A DNA stretch of 64,000 bases. Origin: Candidatus Latescibacterota bacterium (GTDB lineage: Bacteria; Latescibacterota; UBA2968; GCA-2709665). Positions 9,303-20,032 of this stretch are shown here, one piece after another. Where the stretch lies: positions 2,688,001-2,752,000 of the forward strand of contig OZ252100.1 in assembly GCA_965248435.1 (NCBI GenBank), in the 5' to 3' direction. The notes under the pieces are model-generated. The model did no database searches and had not been told where the DNA came from. It was given only the letters and a program-made list of their open reading frames with translations. A program made the position numbers and the translations under genes. The stretch's first letter is position 1; each line of letters begins with the position of its first letter.

Positions 9303-11754
9303 AAAGACCTCCTGAGGGCCACTCCCTCGTTCTGAATCCGCGAAACAGGCTCTGCTCCCCAGTAATGGCCGCCTCCACGTCTATGTCCGTTACCCGGGCG
9401 ATGGTTCGTGCGATCGGCCCGATCTGCTTCTCCGCGTAATGATCGTAGTCCAGTGGAGCGGAAACGCGACCGATCGGCTGAGGACCCTGAGTCGTGATCA
9501 CATAATGGATTACACCAGACGGATTCTTCAGCAACTTGGCGGCCTTCGCGTGCGGAGGGACCGAGCGCGTATAATCAGCAAGCGGTTTTCGAAGGGCTTT
9601 TCTATAGACAAGCATATCATCTCTATTTCCTGACCGTACTGACTCGACCCACTTCGTAAGGCACGCCTCGATCTCCTCCGCCGAACGGTCGTGAAACAAA
9701 AGGTCCAGGAGTTCTCGCTGCATAATGTGGGAAAGCTCTGTCCAATCCCGACGCACCGCCTCCATCCCTATAATCTCCACTTCCTCCCCGTCGTCATCCA
9801 CCCGGAGTCCTGCGTATCCCTTCGCGCGTGCGCGCGCCTCCTCAGCTCGACTGGCCGGCAGAAAGAACCGGCGGTAGACCTTCTCGAACTCGAGCTCCAA
9901 GTGGGAAATCACGCCGAACTCCGCCTTCACGTAACGAGCTAAGGCCTCGTTGCACTCGCTACACAATTCCCTGCCTCGTTCCTGGATCTCTCCCAGTTTG
10001 ATCGCGTCTGGCAGCCCTGGATCCACGAACAGAGAATCCGTATCGCCATACAGAACACGGCAGCCCTGCTTCTCCAAAAGATCCTTGGTCCAGAGGAGGA
10101 GGTGCTGTCCGAACCCCGTGATGGCACCTGCCAGCCTTCCGGAAGCAAAGCGGCAGGCGTCTGTCGCCAGAACACCGTAGAAGGAATTCATCAGAATCTT
10201 GTATGTGAGAGAGGCGACCTCGTCTCCGTCTGCGATCGCCCGGCTTCGATTGGCGAAGATGCGTTCGAGCATTCCCGGCAGAATCGCCGGCTCACGGCAG
10301 AATCGTGCTCCGTTGGGCGCGGTTACGAATACACCATCCTCGACAGATCCCTGGGCGGTTTGGAGATTGGCCTGTACGTGAGACAGCGGGTCGATGTTGA
10401 AGGTCCGGATGATCGACGGATACAGGCTCTTGAAATCGAACACCAGGACATTTCTAAACAGTCCCATCTCCTCTGAAATGACAAGGCCGCCCGGGGTCTC
10501 GACTGGAGCGTCCCGATCAACACCCTGAGATGGGGCAACGAGGTTTCGTCTGTGCAGCTCACGGATATACATGAACTCGAAGACCGCCACGCTGCCCCAG
10601 GACCGCTCCATGGGCAGACCTGTGAGCCTGCTTCGACGAAGACTGAGATGGATCAGTCCCTCCGCCTCCAGGATGTCACGGACAAGGCGAGAATCCTCCA
10701 GGCAGTATTCACAGAACGCGCCCCGGTCCTCACGATAGGCCCGCTCGATCCTGCTGGACATCGCCTCACCCGCATCGGCTTGAAGCGTCTTCCCCCGCCC
10801 GAGCACCGACCGCGCAACCGTCTCGAGACGGTTGTCCTCGAACCGTGTCGGGATCGCCCGACACAGATGAAGGGCGTCCAGCACCTGCCGCCCGCGGACG
10901 ATCACGCGGCGGCTGCCCCAGACCGACCGGTCCAGGAACCAAGAGCTGTCTCGAGTACGCCCCAGGTTGAACTCCCGGTGATGGGCCTTGAAGCGATTCC
11001 TGAGAACCGTGAGGTCGAAATCGATCACGTTCCAACCCGTGATAACATCCGGGTCTGCGCTTCCGATCCTTGCGACCAGAGCATCGAAAAGCTGCGGCTC
11101 TCCCTCAAAACAGGCAGTGTTCGGAGGATCATCCGGCAGCGGAGTTCCGACCATCATAACCTCTTCAAATCGATGCCTCTCCTCCGGACCCGTTCCCACC
11201 AGGGATATCGCGTAGACCTGTGACGCCTTGGGGTCTGTCTCGATGTCCAGAACGAGCACGGCAAGGTCCGGTTCCCATTCGGAGGGGACAAGGCCGGGAT
11301 TGATGTAGACGCGATCCACACCCATCCCGCATCTCCAGGACCCACGGATTTTGAGGGATCCCAGCAGGTCCCGGTCCATCAGGTAGCGAAGCGCCGGATT
11401 CAGGTCGGCCTCATAAGTTCGAATGGCCTCTTCCCGCAGACTCGTTTCGAGATCTCGAAGGGGGGATACCTGACCGGCAGTAAACTGAACCACGGACTCA
11501 CCATCCATCGTAGACAGCGCGCAAGCCTCACTTGCGATCTGGAGCTTCCGACCGAAAACCTCCGCCCTCACGGAATCGGATGCCCTCACGAAAAACCGGG
11601 GTGGCTCCCGGTCGTCCACAAACCCGAACGTCTCCCCCGTCTCCAGCTTCCCGATACCGAACACCACTGTCCTTCCGGCCTGGAGCTGGTGAAAGATGTC
11701 CAGGAGGAACCCGGCGGTGCCGTCGTCCCGGTGATCCGCGTTAGGGTGATCCAA
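9289..11754 (-). CDS. polB: DNA polymerase II (family B)
   Basis: Exonuclease motifs DIET and GWNVIDFD; polymerase motifs DFKSLYPS, KILMNSFYG, YGDTDS. Confidence 0.93.
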   Translation of the reverse strand: MDHPNADHRDDGTAGFLLDIFHQLQAGRTVVFGIGKLETGETFGFVDDREPPRFFVRASDSVRAEVFGRKLQIASEACALSTMDGESVVQFTAGQVSPLRDLETSLREEAIRTYEADLNPALRYLMDRDLLGSLKIRGSWRCGMGVDRVYINPGLVPSEWEPDLAVLVLDIETDPKASQVYAISLVGTGPEERHRFEEVMMVGTPLPDDPPNTACFEGEPQLFDALVARIGSADPDVITGWNVIDFDLTVLRNRFKAHHREFNLGRTRDSSWFLDRSVWGSRRVIVRGRQVLDALHLCRAIPTRFEDNRLETVARSVLGRGKTLQADAGEAMSSRIERAYREDRGAFCEYCLEDSRLVRDILEAEGLIHLSLRRSRLTGLPMERSWGSVAVFEFMYIRELHRRNLVAPSQGVDRDAPVETPGGLVISEEMGLFRNVLVFDFKSLYPSIIRTFNIDPLSHVQANLQTAQGSVEDGVFVTAPNGARFCREPAILPGMLERIFANRSRAIADGDEVASLTYKILMNSFYGVLATDACRFASGRLAGAITGFGQHLLLWTKDLLEKQGCRVLYGDTDSLFVDPGLPDAIKLGEIQERGRELCSECNEALARYVKAEFGVISHLELEFEKVYRRFFLPASRAEEARARAKGYAGLRVDDDGEEVEIIGMEAVRRDWTELSHIMQRELLDLLFHDRSAEEIEACLTKWVESVRSGNRDDMLVYRKALRKPLADYTRSVPPHAKAAKLLKNPSGVIHYVITTQGPQPIGRVSAPLDYDHYAEKQIGPIARTIARVTDIDVEAAITGEQSLFRGFRTREWPSGGLYGRR

Positions 11755-11809
11755 TTCAGCTACCTATGGTGAGCCCACCCGATTCATCCATGCCGTTCCC
11801 GCCATCTCC

Positions 11810-11835
11810 GTAGAGACGCCCCACCGGGGCGTCTC
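11810..11835. repeat. GTAG-type REP-like palindrome
   Basis: GTAGAGACGCCCC-ACC-GGGGCGTCTC hairpin; related copy at 51861..51889. Confidence 0.55.
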
Positions 11836-12064
11836 ATCACGGTGGGACGCCCCGAAACTTTGCAAGGATGACCAGAGTGAAGAACGCAATCAGTAGAATA
11901 TAGAAAGCGAGGGCTCTGCCCGAAAGAGCGAAGGAAAGAGAGGGTATGTTGGAAGGAAGCGCTGTAGGTGTGTTCAGGTCATCGGATGAATCAGTACGTC
12001 ACTTCTGGGCGTCGTACGTTTCGTGCGTAAAATTGTAGTGGCGTAAGTCGGGTCAGGCCACTGC

Positions 12065-12466
12065 CTAGCCCAGAGAGATCTTTCCCCCAGGTGGCATCGT
12101 CCCGCCCGGCATGCCAGGCTGAGTACCTGGAACTACAATCCGTGAGGCCTCCTGACGCTGCATCTCCTTCACCTCCTCGACCATCTTCTCGACCGCCCGG
12201 CCAATGGCTTCGGGAAAGTTCTTTATGGCCTCCTCGAGCGTCTTGCCTGGAATTTGGCACTGGATGGGGAGCGCGCCCATTTGAGACATAATCTGGGCCT
12301 GTCCCGTGAAAAAGACCTCGCGCGTATCGTCCTCAGAACCGTCAGGTTTTACGGGAACCAGGCGCCTGATCGTCGCCACCTGGAGGTCCGTGAAGGATTC
12401 CTCCCGGTACATGTTGTTACTGTCCACCTCGATTTCAGACAGAGGCTTCTGATTCGGGTTGCTCAT
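12065..12466 (-). CDS. Conserved hypothetical cytoplasmic protein (133 aa)
   Basis: AAGGAG RBS; motifs YREESFTDLQVATIRRLVPVKPDG and SRIVVPG. Confidence 0.75.
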   Translation of the reverse strand: MSNPNQKPLSEIEVDSNNMYREESFTDLQVATIRRLVPVKPDGSEDDTREVFFTGQAQIMSQMGALPIQCQIPGKTLEEAIKNFPEAIGRAVEKMVEEVKEMQRQEASRIVVPGTQPGMPGGTMPPGGKISLG

Positions 12467-12500
12467 AGGCTATCTCCCTTCCACTGTGATGTCCGTTCTC

Positions 12501-13559
12501 CTAAACCGCGTTCTCGTCCAGAGGAAACTCGATTCGTACGTTCCCCTTCTTCTGTGAGGCCATGAATCCCAGGAGCACTTCGAGTGTCTTTCTCGCCTCC
12601 CGCGGAGGCGAGATCGTCTGCCCACCGTTTTCAATCACGTGGATGAGCTCACGCACGGCCGCGAGCGAGTCGGAATACACGAGCGGGTCGCTGGAAATAC
12701 GTCGCATGCCCGCTTCGGTATGGATTTCCGCATCGAATGTCCGCTCCGAAAGAAAGATAAACCCTTTGGTTCCCGTCAATTCGAAGCCGTGCCGCGGCTG
12801 AACATTCTTCGTGCCGTTGTAAAACGCACGTACGCCGTTCTTGAAGTGAATGTAGCCGGAACAGCCCGGCTCCAGGTCGGGGTTTCTTCCGCCGTCTCCC
12901 TGGTAGGGCCAGTAATCCTCGAATCCTTCGTCGAGCTCAGCCCAGACCCACTCCGGATCCGACCCGGCCAGGAAACACAGGGCATCGACCCGGTGCGTCC
13001 CGTTCCGAAACAGCATCGCCCTGGGCCCACCCCAACCGTGGACCAGCCGCTTGAGCTCCCCGATCGTTCCGCTCTCCACTTCTTGTTTGACCTGATGAAA
13101 TATGGGCATCCAGCGCCGGGTATGGTTGATGGTCACGACAGTCCCTGCGGCCTCGATGGCCTCGATCATCCTGTCCGCGTCTGCCAGCGTCGTTGCGATC
13201 GGCTTCTCACAGTAGATGCCTCTGATTCCGGATTGCGCGCCGTAGACGACCATATCAGCGTGCCGGTTGTCCGACGTCACGACGCTGAGGAGATCGGGCT
13301 TCTGCTCGTCGATCATCTCCTGGTAGTCCGTGTAGCCCTTCGCTTCCGATACCTCATCGCCCCAGTTCGCGAAGAAATCATCGATCTTCTCCTGAACGAG
13401 GTCACACACGCCGACGATTTCGGTCTCCCGATGAAAGCAGTAGGCACTTGCGTGCGAATGCGGCATCTTCTGCCCAAGTCCAGCAGGGCCTGCGGGTTCG
13501 GGTTTGCTGGCCCCAATTCCGCTCAATCCGATGATGCATGCCCGATATCTCTTCGACAT
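12501..13559 (-). CDS. Gfo/Idh/MocA family oxidoreductase
   Basis: IIGLSGIG Rossmann motif, CEKP, NGTHRVD. Confidence 0.9.
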   Translation of the reverse strand: MSKRYRACIIGLSGIGASKPEPAGPAGLGQKMPHSHASAYCFHRETEIVGVCDLVQEKIDDFFANWGDEVSEAKGYTDYQEMIDEQKPDLLSVVTSDNRHADMVVYGAQSGIRGIYCEKPIATTLADADRMIEAIEAAGTVVTINHTRRWMPIFHQVKQEVESGTIGELKRLVHGWGGPRAMLFRNGTHRVDALCFLAGSDPEWVWAELDEGFEDYWPYQGDGGRNPDLEPGCSGYIHFKNGVRAFYNGTKNVQPRHGFELTGTKGFIFLSERTFDAEIHTEAGMRRISSDPLVYSDSLAAVRELIHVIENGGQTISPPREARKTLEVLLGFMASQKKGNVRIEFPLDENAV

Positions 13560-13628
13560 TCTTGATCTTTCGTGGTTTGCCGTTCCGTGCGCTGTCCTCG
13601 GACTTCAGACGGAAGTTCCCCGAGACCG

Positions 13629-14993
13629 TTACTGGATTCTATTCAGTCCGTTCAGGGCTGCAACACGGTAGGCCTCCGCCATAGTCGGATAGTTGAAAGT
13701 GGTGTTGATGAAATACATCAGACTGTTCCCCTCTCCCTTCTGCGACATAACCGCCTGTCCGATGTGGACGATCTCTGAAGCCTCTGCGCCAAAGCAATGA
13801 ATCCCGAGAATCTCCAGAGTATCCCGATGGAATAAGAGTTTCAGCATCCCCGTCGTTCGACCGGTAATCTGGGCCCGGGCAAGATGGCGGAAGAAGGCGT
13901 GGCCGACTTCGTAAGGCACCTTCTGCTCCGTGAGGTCGCGTTCATTTAGCCCAACCGAACTGATCTCGGGGATTGTATAAATACCTGTCGGGATGTTTTC
14001 GACAAGGTGATATTCACACTCGCCGAAAATCAGATGCGTGGCCGCAAATCGTCCCTGGTCGTATGCCGCACTTGCCAGGTTGGGGTAGCCGACTATGTCA
14101 CCGACTGCATAGATGTGGCTTTGTGCAGTCTGGTAGTCTTCGTTGACTTTGACGCAGCCCCGCTGGTCACTCTCGATCCCGATGGACTCGAGCCCCATCT
14201 TATCGGAATTTCCGGTCCTCCCCTGTGCCCAGAGCAGGACATCGCTAACGATCTGTTTGTTGGACTTGAGATAGAGCCTTACACCCTGATCATCAGCCTC
14301 GACTTTTTCGTATTTTTCGTTGTGGCGAATCAAAGCGCCCTGCTCGCGCAGATGGTAAGCAAGCGCGTCGATGATTTCGTCGTCCAGAAAGGATAAAAGC
14401 TTCTCGTGAGAGTTGATCAGATTCAACTTGACGCGCAGTCCTCTAAAAATAGATGTGTATTCGCACCCCACGACTCCGGCTCCGTAGATCGTCACCGATC
14501 TTGGATTCTCTTCAAGACATAAAACGGAATCGCTGTCCAAAATACGCGGATGTGAGAAATCCAAATCTGGCGGGTGATACGGCCTGGAACCGGTCGCAAT
14601 CACGAAGCCGTCCGCGCTGTAATGCTCCTTTCCCCCGTTCGGATGGCTTACCTCAATCGTATGTTCATCCACGAACGCTGCGTGTCCGGGTAAGACATCG
14701 ACATCGTTTCGCTCATAGAATCCACTCCGCAGATGGACCTGCGCACGGATGACGGACTCCGCGTTCCTGAGCAGATCCTGGTAATGGGCTTCACGGTAGT
14801 TTCTGGTCTCAGCCAAATGCTGGACCGCGTGGCGCAGACTCTTACTGGGGATCGTACCTTGATGTGTGCAGCTCCCCCCCACTTCAGGGTTTTGTTCCAC
14901 CACTGCTACGTTTTTGCCCTCCTTGGCAGCCTTCATCGTCGCGCCTTCGCCCCCGGGGCCGCTCCCAATCACGATGACATCGAATTTTTCCAT
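13629..14993 (-). CDS. sthA: Soluble pyridine nucleotide transhydrogenase
   Basis: GSGPGG; [10 protein letters not shown] (CxxxxT instead of CxxxxC); [10 protein letters not shown]; C-terminal [23 protein letters not shown]. Confidence 0.93.
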   Translation of the reverse strand: MEKFDVIVIGSGPGGEGATMKAAKEGKNVAVVEQNPEVGGSCTHQGTIPSKSLRHAVQHLAETRNYREAHYQDLLRNAESVIRAQVHLRSGFYERNDVDVLPGHAAFVDEHTIEVSHPNGGKEHYSADGFVIATGSRPYHPPDLDFSHPRILDSDSVLCLEENPRSVTIYGAGVVGCEYTSIFRGLRVKLNLINSHEKLLSFLDDEIIDALAYHLREQGALIRHNEKYEKVEADDQGVRLYLKSNKQIVSDVLLWAQGRTGNSDKMGLESIGIESDQRGCVKVNEDYQTAQSHIYAVGDIVGYPNLASAAYDQGRFAATHLIFGECEYHLVENIPTGIYTIPEISSVGLNERDLTEQKVPYEVGHAFFRHLARAQITGRTTGMLKLLFHRDTLEILGIHCFGAEASEIVHIGQAVMSQKGEGNSLMYFINTTFNYPTMAEAYRVAALNGLNRIQ

Positions 14994-15036
14994 ACGTCGC
15001 TCACTTCTCGCAGGTTATCCGACCTTGCAATCTCTC

Positions 15037-15372
15037 CTATCCCAGGCGATACACTTCCTCCATCCCCGCCCACCATTCGTCTTCACTCGCCTCAGGCACC
15101 TTCTCCTGGTAAGTGCACATAAGGTCGTCCCACTCCTTGCACCTGGGATCCTGCTCAAGATACTTGGGAAAATCTACATCAGGAGCGAAATCGTCACCAG
15201 TCTCCATATACATAAATAGTCTTCGGCCGAGCACGAAGATCCTCATCGAGCGAATTCCCACGGTCTTGAGCGCCGCCTCGACCTCCGGCCACACGTTCTT
15301 GTGGTACTCTATGTATGTCTGGATCGTCTCCGGGTCGTCCTTCAGGTTCAGGGTCAATCCATACGCCTGCAT
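15037..15372 (-). CDS. L-rhamnose mutarotase family protein
   Basis: YIEYHKNVWPEV motif; 111 aa; ends MEEVYRL. Confidence 0.85.
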   Translation of the reverse strand: MQAYGLTLNLKDDPETIQTYIEYHKNVWPEVEAALKTVGIRSMRIFVLGRRLFMYMETGDDFAPDVDFPKYLEQDPRCKEWDDLMCTYQEKVPEASEDEWWAGMEEVYRLG

Positions 15373-15389
15373 AGAAGTCTCCCGAATCT

Positions 15390-15905
15390 CTATCCGGTTC
15401 TCGTTCCTGCGAGTTTACTGGGCCGCCCAGGCACGTCCATAACCTGCACGGAATGTCCCGTTTCCTCAATAAAGCGCCCGAGATCGGCCTGAGAGATAAC
15501 GACTGTGCTCGTGTTGATCAGCGGATGGAAGGCGACTCGATCCGAATTCCATATCCGCTCATCGATGATCACTTCTATCTTCTGTTTGGCGTCGTTGATC
15601 AGCGCCAGGATGCTCACCGCCCCCGTCTCCACCCCGAGGTAAGTCCTCAGTCTCTCCGTAGATGCCAGACTGAGTCGGGTCGTCCCCAGCTGCGAGCCGA
15701 GCGCCTTGAGGTCGACGTCCTTCTCGTACCCAACCACGATCAAAAAGTGCCGTCTCGCCTTCTTGTCCCGCGCAAAGAGATTCTTGCTCTTCTCGCCGTC
15801 CAGCGGAGGGAGCATCCGCTCCGCCTCTTCACACGTGAATACGGCAGGATGGTCGTAGCGTCTGAATGCGATGTTGTGGTCCGCGAAATAGTTATAGATG
15901 TCCAT
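15390..15905 (-). CDS. YbaK/ProX family aminoacyl-tRNA editing protein (ProXp-ala-like)
   Basis: HPAVFT, SKNLF, LGVETGAVS, FHPLINTST. Confidence 0.88.
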   Translation of the reverse strand: MDIYNYFADHNIAFRRYDHPAVFTCEEAERMLPPLDGEKSKNLFARDKKARRHFLIVVGYEKDVDLKALGSQLGTTRLSLASTERLRTYLGVETGAVSILALINDAKQKIEVIIDERIWNSDRVAFHPLINTSTVVISQADLGRFIEETGHSVQVMDVPGRPSKLAGTRTG

Positions 15906-15994
15906 GGTTTGAGGCTCTTACCGATCGCGAATCCGCAGGCGTCTATTTTCTAGTCCGATTCTTCACGAGAACAACGATCCACGGTTAGTCGGGA

Positions 15995-16906
15995 TTACAG
16001 CACCAGCCATACCCCACCCAGGCACAGGGCCACCCCCGCGAGAAGCTGCAGGCCTATGGCCTCCTTCAGGAACACGGCCGCGAGCAACATTCCAATGACC
16101 GGCGAGACGGAGGCAAGCGTAGCGGCCTTTGCGGGTCCAATCAGGCTGATCGCGGTAAGAAACAACAGTGACCCGACGCCCATACCCAGAATCCCAACGA
16201 AGGCGAGCAACAGTAATACTTTCGGTTCAGTCCTCTTGCGCGTGACCCTTCGACCCTGAAAGCGGTGGCTGAGGTAAAGCAGCGTTGTCACAAAAGGCAG
16301 TCGAACACTGTTCGCCTGAATCGGGCTCAAATGCGCAAGCGCCGGCTTAAGCAGAACGGCTCCCAATCCCCACATAAGGGCGGCGGAAAGAGAGAGCGCG
16401 ACGCCTGGCGCAAACCGATTGGGGATCTCCTGCGTTCCCGAACCTGCGCGCCGGGACGTTCGGCAAAGGAAAACGACCCCAGCAACGACCAGACAGCACC
16501 CCAGAACAAAGTTCGGTGAAATAGGCTCCCGAAGCAGGATCCATTCGAAAAACAGGGTAGCAAGGGGATGCGTCCCGACCAGGGCCAGCGTGCGCGACAG
16601 GCCGAACTCTTTGATGGCAGCGAGATAGAGTGTGTCCCCGATCCCAACCGGGATCATCACCGATCCGAACAGGAACGCCCACCCTTGCAGCGATACTTCG
16701 GCGAGATCTGAAAGAGGCGGCCCGAAAAACGGAAGTAACATCCAGCAGAAGACCGATGCCGAACCGCACCGGACCGCATTCATCAACGCGATCGGGACCT
16801 TGGGCAGCTGCGTGCGCATGATCAGTCCATTTACGGCAAATATGCACGCGCAGATCAGGCCAAGAAATTCACCGTATGAAACGTCCAATCCGGCCTCATT
16901 CCCCAT
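15995..16906 (-). CDS. DMT/EamA family transporter
   Basis: Two EamA repeats with ~10 TM helices (GIGDTLY; FLKEAIG). Start chosen at ATG 16906; uncertain. Confidence 0.85.
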   Translation of the reverse strand: MGNEAGLDVSYGEFLGLICACIFAVNGLIMRTQLPKVPIALMNAVRCGSASVFCWMLLPFFGPPLSDLAEVSLQGWAFLFGSVMIPVGIGDTLYLAAIKEFGLSRTLALVGTHPLATLFFEWILLREPISPNFVLGCCLVVAGVVFLCRTSRRAGSGTQEIPNRFAPGVALSLSAALMWGLGAVLLKPALAHLSPIQANSVRLPFVTTLLYLSHRFQGRRVTRKRTEPKVLLLLAFVGILGMGVGSLLFLTAISLIGPAKAATLASVSPVIGMLLAAVFLKEAIGLQLLAGVALCLGGVWLVL

Positions 16907-17131
16907 CCCGGCGCTTCCTGCGCCCGGTCCTCCGGTCATCGATTTCTTTATCCGCTGTGATTCACACAATAAACGGTGAGCAGGGCAAGTGTCAATACAA
17001 AAAGGTCTCAGCGGCGGTTTCGCCGGAAGATGCTTCAGAGCCGCAAATCGTTTGACTTTTCCGGGTGCTTCCTCGATCATAGGTCGTTTGGACGCAAAGC
17101 CGCACTTGATTGCAACGTGAGGGGAGGCCGC

Positions 17132-17607
17132 ATGGCCACTTCTGAATCTGCAAGGCTGGCCCGAGGACGACCCATGCCGCCTGGTTTCGTCCCTGAACTG
17201 TCCGTTGAGGGAACGACTCGCGACGCGGGCAGGCAGCTCGGCGCGGCCTGGCGCGAGACCCTGGAGCTGAGCGCCTCTCAACTCCAGAGCGGTTCGAAGC
17301 CCTGGTGGAAGCACAGACCCTATGCCAGGCTCATCGACCGCTATGCTCCCCATCTCCCCGATCTCTACCTCGGGTTGGCCAGGGGTGCCAATCTGAAAGA
17401 AGACCTGATCTCGACCCGAGCCCCGGTGGAGGTCGGAGGCTGTACTTCCTTCGCGATAACTCCAGGCGCGATCCTGTCGGCGTCTGCCGGCACCAGGCCG
17501 TAGAGGCCATGACCGGCGGGGCAGTGATCGCAGAACCCGCGCTCGGTTTCCTCCACGTCATTCGGGGCCCGGTCTGTCAGAACTGGCCGCGCACCCATCA
17601 TCTTTGA
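17132..17607 (+). pseudogene. Peptidase C45 (Ntn acyltransferase) remnant with large internal deletion
   Basis: N-terminal part runs to GGCTSFA (nucleophile Cys) and is joined out of frame to a C45-like C-terminus VCRH...EPALGFLHVIRGPVCQNW. Confidence 0.65.
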
Positions 17608-17621
17608 TTCAGGCACTTTCA

Positions 17622-19709
17622 ATGGCAGATTCAGAGAAGAAAAGGCTGAAGAAGGAACTCACCCTCCTCGACGTCTACGCCGTGGCGACCGGTGCGACCC
17701 TGAGTTCGGGTTTCTTTCTGCTGCCAGGCCTTGCCGCCGCCCAGGTCGGATCCGGGATCGTGGCCGCCTATCTCTTGGCAGCTGTCCCCCTCATCCCGGC
17801 TATGTTCAGCATCGCGGAGCTGGCCACGGCGATGCCTAGAGCCGGAGGCATCTACTACTTTCTCGACCGCACGCTGGGCCCCGCAGCGGGAACGATCGGA
17901 GGCCTTGGCACCTGGCTGGCGCTCGTACTGAAGGTGGCCTTCGCCCTCGTCGGCATGGGCGCTTACATTTCCCTCTATGTATCCGAACTCTCTGTGGTTC
18001 CGATCGCAATCTTTCTCGCGGTCGCCCTCGGTACGCTGAATCTATCGGGGGCCGGAAAAACCGGTGGGCTCCAGAGGGTCCTGGTCACCCTCCTCCTCGT
18101 CATTCTCGTCGGGTTCATTGCGAGCGGCCTACCCGCGATTCAGGTTTCCCATTTTTCAGGCTTTGCCCAGGGGGGACTCTCTTCCCTGCTCCCGACGGCC
18201 GGACTCGTTTACATCAGCTATGTGGGCGTCACCAACGTCGCGAGCCTTTCTGAGGAAGTCCGTAATCCGGAGCGGAATATTCCCCTTGGCATCTTCCTCG
18301 CCATTGGAACGGCAATCGTGATCTACGGCCTCGGAACAGCAGTAATGGTCGGCGTCCTTCCCGAAGAACGGCTCTCCGGGGACCTGACGCCGGTCGCGTC
18401 GGCAGCCGAGGTGTTCCTCGGACCGCTGGGGAAAGCGGTGGTTTCCCTGGCCGCGCTCCTTGCCTTCATCTCAGTGGCCAATGCGGGGACCCTCAGTGCC
18501 TCACGGTATCCGCTCGCAATGAGCCGGGACCACATCCTCCCCGGAATCTTCAGGCGCCTGACCGCTGGAACCTCACCCGTCTATTCGACTGGAATCACTG
18601 TCGCCCTGATCGTCGCGGTCATCGCGCTGCTCGATCCCACGCGCATCGCGAAACTGGCGAGCGCCTTCCAGCTTTTGATGTTCTCTCTCGTTTGTCTCGC
18701 CGTGATCGTCATGCGAGAGAGCCGGCTGGATTCCTACGATCCAGGTTATCGATCGAGATTCTACCCCTGGATGCAGCTCTTTGGCATCCTTGCGTCCGTC
18801 TTGTTGATCGTCGAGATGGGAATCCTCCCCCAGCTCTTTTCCGGTGGGCTGCTCGTCCTCGGTGTCTGCTGGTACATCTACTACGTAAAGGAAAAGGTGA
18901 GCAGGACGGGGGCGATCTACCACATCTTCGAACGGCTCGGGCGCCGCCGTTATGCAGGGCTGGACTACGAACTGCGGGGGATCCTCAAGGAAAAGGGCCT
19001 TCGCGAAGAAGATCCCTTCGATGAAGTCATCGCCCGAAGCCTGGTGATTGACCTGGAAGGACCTGCGGAGTTCGATGCGGTCGTTCACCAGGTGGCCGAG
19101 TGGCTGGCCCAGCACGTGCCGCACACGGCGGAGGAGGTGGAAAACCAGATCCTTGAAAGGACGCACATCGGGGCCACACCGGTCTCGAACGGTGTCGGTC
19201 TGCCCCACCTCCGGATCGATGGAATCGAACACGCAGAGATGGTCCTGGTCCGTTCGAAGACCGGGATTCACATCATCTATACCAATCCCCTCACCCACGA
19301 CCAGGACGCAGAGCAGACGCTGACCGCGCTCTTCTTCCTGTTCAGCCCCGAGACGAATCCCACGCAGCACCTCCGCATCCTCGCACAGATCGCCGGCAGG
19401 GTGGAAGACGAGTCATTCGAGAAGGATTGGGACGCTGCGGAGGACGAACAGGAACTCAAGGAAGTGCTCCTCCGTGACGAGCGCTTCCTTTCTGTTTACG
19501 TCAGGAAAGATGGGAAAGCGGAGTCGATGATCGGGCGGGCACTTCGCGATCTACAATTACCGGAGGGCTGCCTTATCGCGCTCCTCCGGCGTGGCGGTCA
19601 GATGGTGGCGCCGAGCGGAAGTACCGTCTTCCACGATGGGGATCGCCTGACAATCATCGGCGACCCGGAAGGATTGCGGGAACTCCGAGCCCGTTTTTCG
19701 GGAGGTTGA
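17622..19709 (+). CDS. APC amino acid permease fused to PTS EIIA-like and TrkA-C domains
   Basis: GATLSSGFF, AELATAMPRAGG, SEEVRNPERNIP; EIIA motifs GVGLPHLR and HLRILAQIA; C-terminal RRGGQMVAPSGSTVFHDGDRL. Confidence 0.88.
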   Translation: MADSEKKRLKKELTLLDVYAVATGATLSSGFFLLPGLAAAQVGSGIVAAYLLAAVPLIPAMFSIAELATAMPRAGGIYYFLDRTLGPAAGTIGGLGTWLALVLKVAFALVGMGAYISLYVSELSVVPIAIFLAVALGTLNLSGAGKTGGLQRVLVTLLLVILVGFIASGLPAIQVSHFSGFAQGGLSSLLPTAGLVYISYVGVTNVASLSEEVRNPERNIPLGIFLAIGTAIVIYGLGTAVMVGVLPEERLSGDLTPVASAAEVFLGPLGKAVVSLAALLAFISVANAGTLSASRYPLAMSRDHILPGIFRRLTAGTSPVYSTGITVALIVAVIALLDPTRIAKLASAFQLLMFSLVCLAVIVMRESRLDSYDPGYRSRFYPWMQLFGILASVLLIVEMGILPQLFSGGLLVLGVCWYIYYVKEKVSRTGAIYHIFERLGRRRYAGLDYELRGILKEKGLREEDPFDEVIARSLVIDLEGPAEFDAVVHQVAEWLAQHVPHTAEEVENQILERTHIGATPVSNGVGLPHLRIDGIEHAEMVLVRSKTGIHIIYTNPLTHDQDAEQTLTALFFLFSPETNPTQHLRILAQIAGRVEDESFEKDWDAAEDEQELKEVLLRDERFLSVYVRKDGKAESMIGRALRDLQLPEGCLIALLRRGGQMVAPSGSTVFHDGDRLTIIGDPEGLRELRARFSGG

Positions 19710-19872
19710 GTTGGGAGGAAAGTCTCATCAGCGGGTCTATCTTCAGAAGATCGATCATATAGAGAATTAACATATTGAATATAAAAGATTTAATTGATAT
19801 ATTGAGGACGAGTAATAAAATACCAAATTTCCGCTTGACTTCTGGCTCGCGAAGGAGCAAATTAGAGTGGAT

Positions 19873-19956
19873 AAAAAAAAGGCCAAGGAACGCCCAGCTT
19901 GCCGGCAGAGCGCATTCCTTAGCCCTTCGCTTTTGAAACCTGTTTTCCGGTTTCGC
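19873..19956 (-). ncRNA. Candidate antisense small RNA
   Basis: Possible minus-strand TTGGGT-17-TATATT promoter; small GAAACC/GGTTTC hairpin; terminator hairpin 19881..19924 followed by T8 with loop GCCGGCAAGCT. Confidence 0.4.
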
Positions 19957-20032
19957 ATTTATAATATATCGAACCCTGTAGCAGAACCCAAACGTTTCCT
20001 TTCACGAGTTTTCACGCAAAGAGGAAAGCGAG

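Noticed and set aside
9289-11754. polB as a marker of a casposon, pipolin or phage
   Set aside because: It looks like cellular Pol II; there is no cas1, integrase, terminal inverted repeat or phage gene nearby.
16907-17353. N-terminal extension of the EamA ORF (452-aa call)
   Set aside because: Not EamA-like and overlaps the divergent C45 remnant; the true start is probably near 16906.
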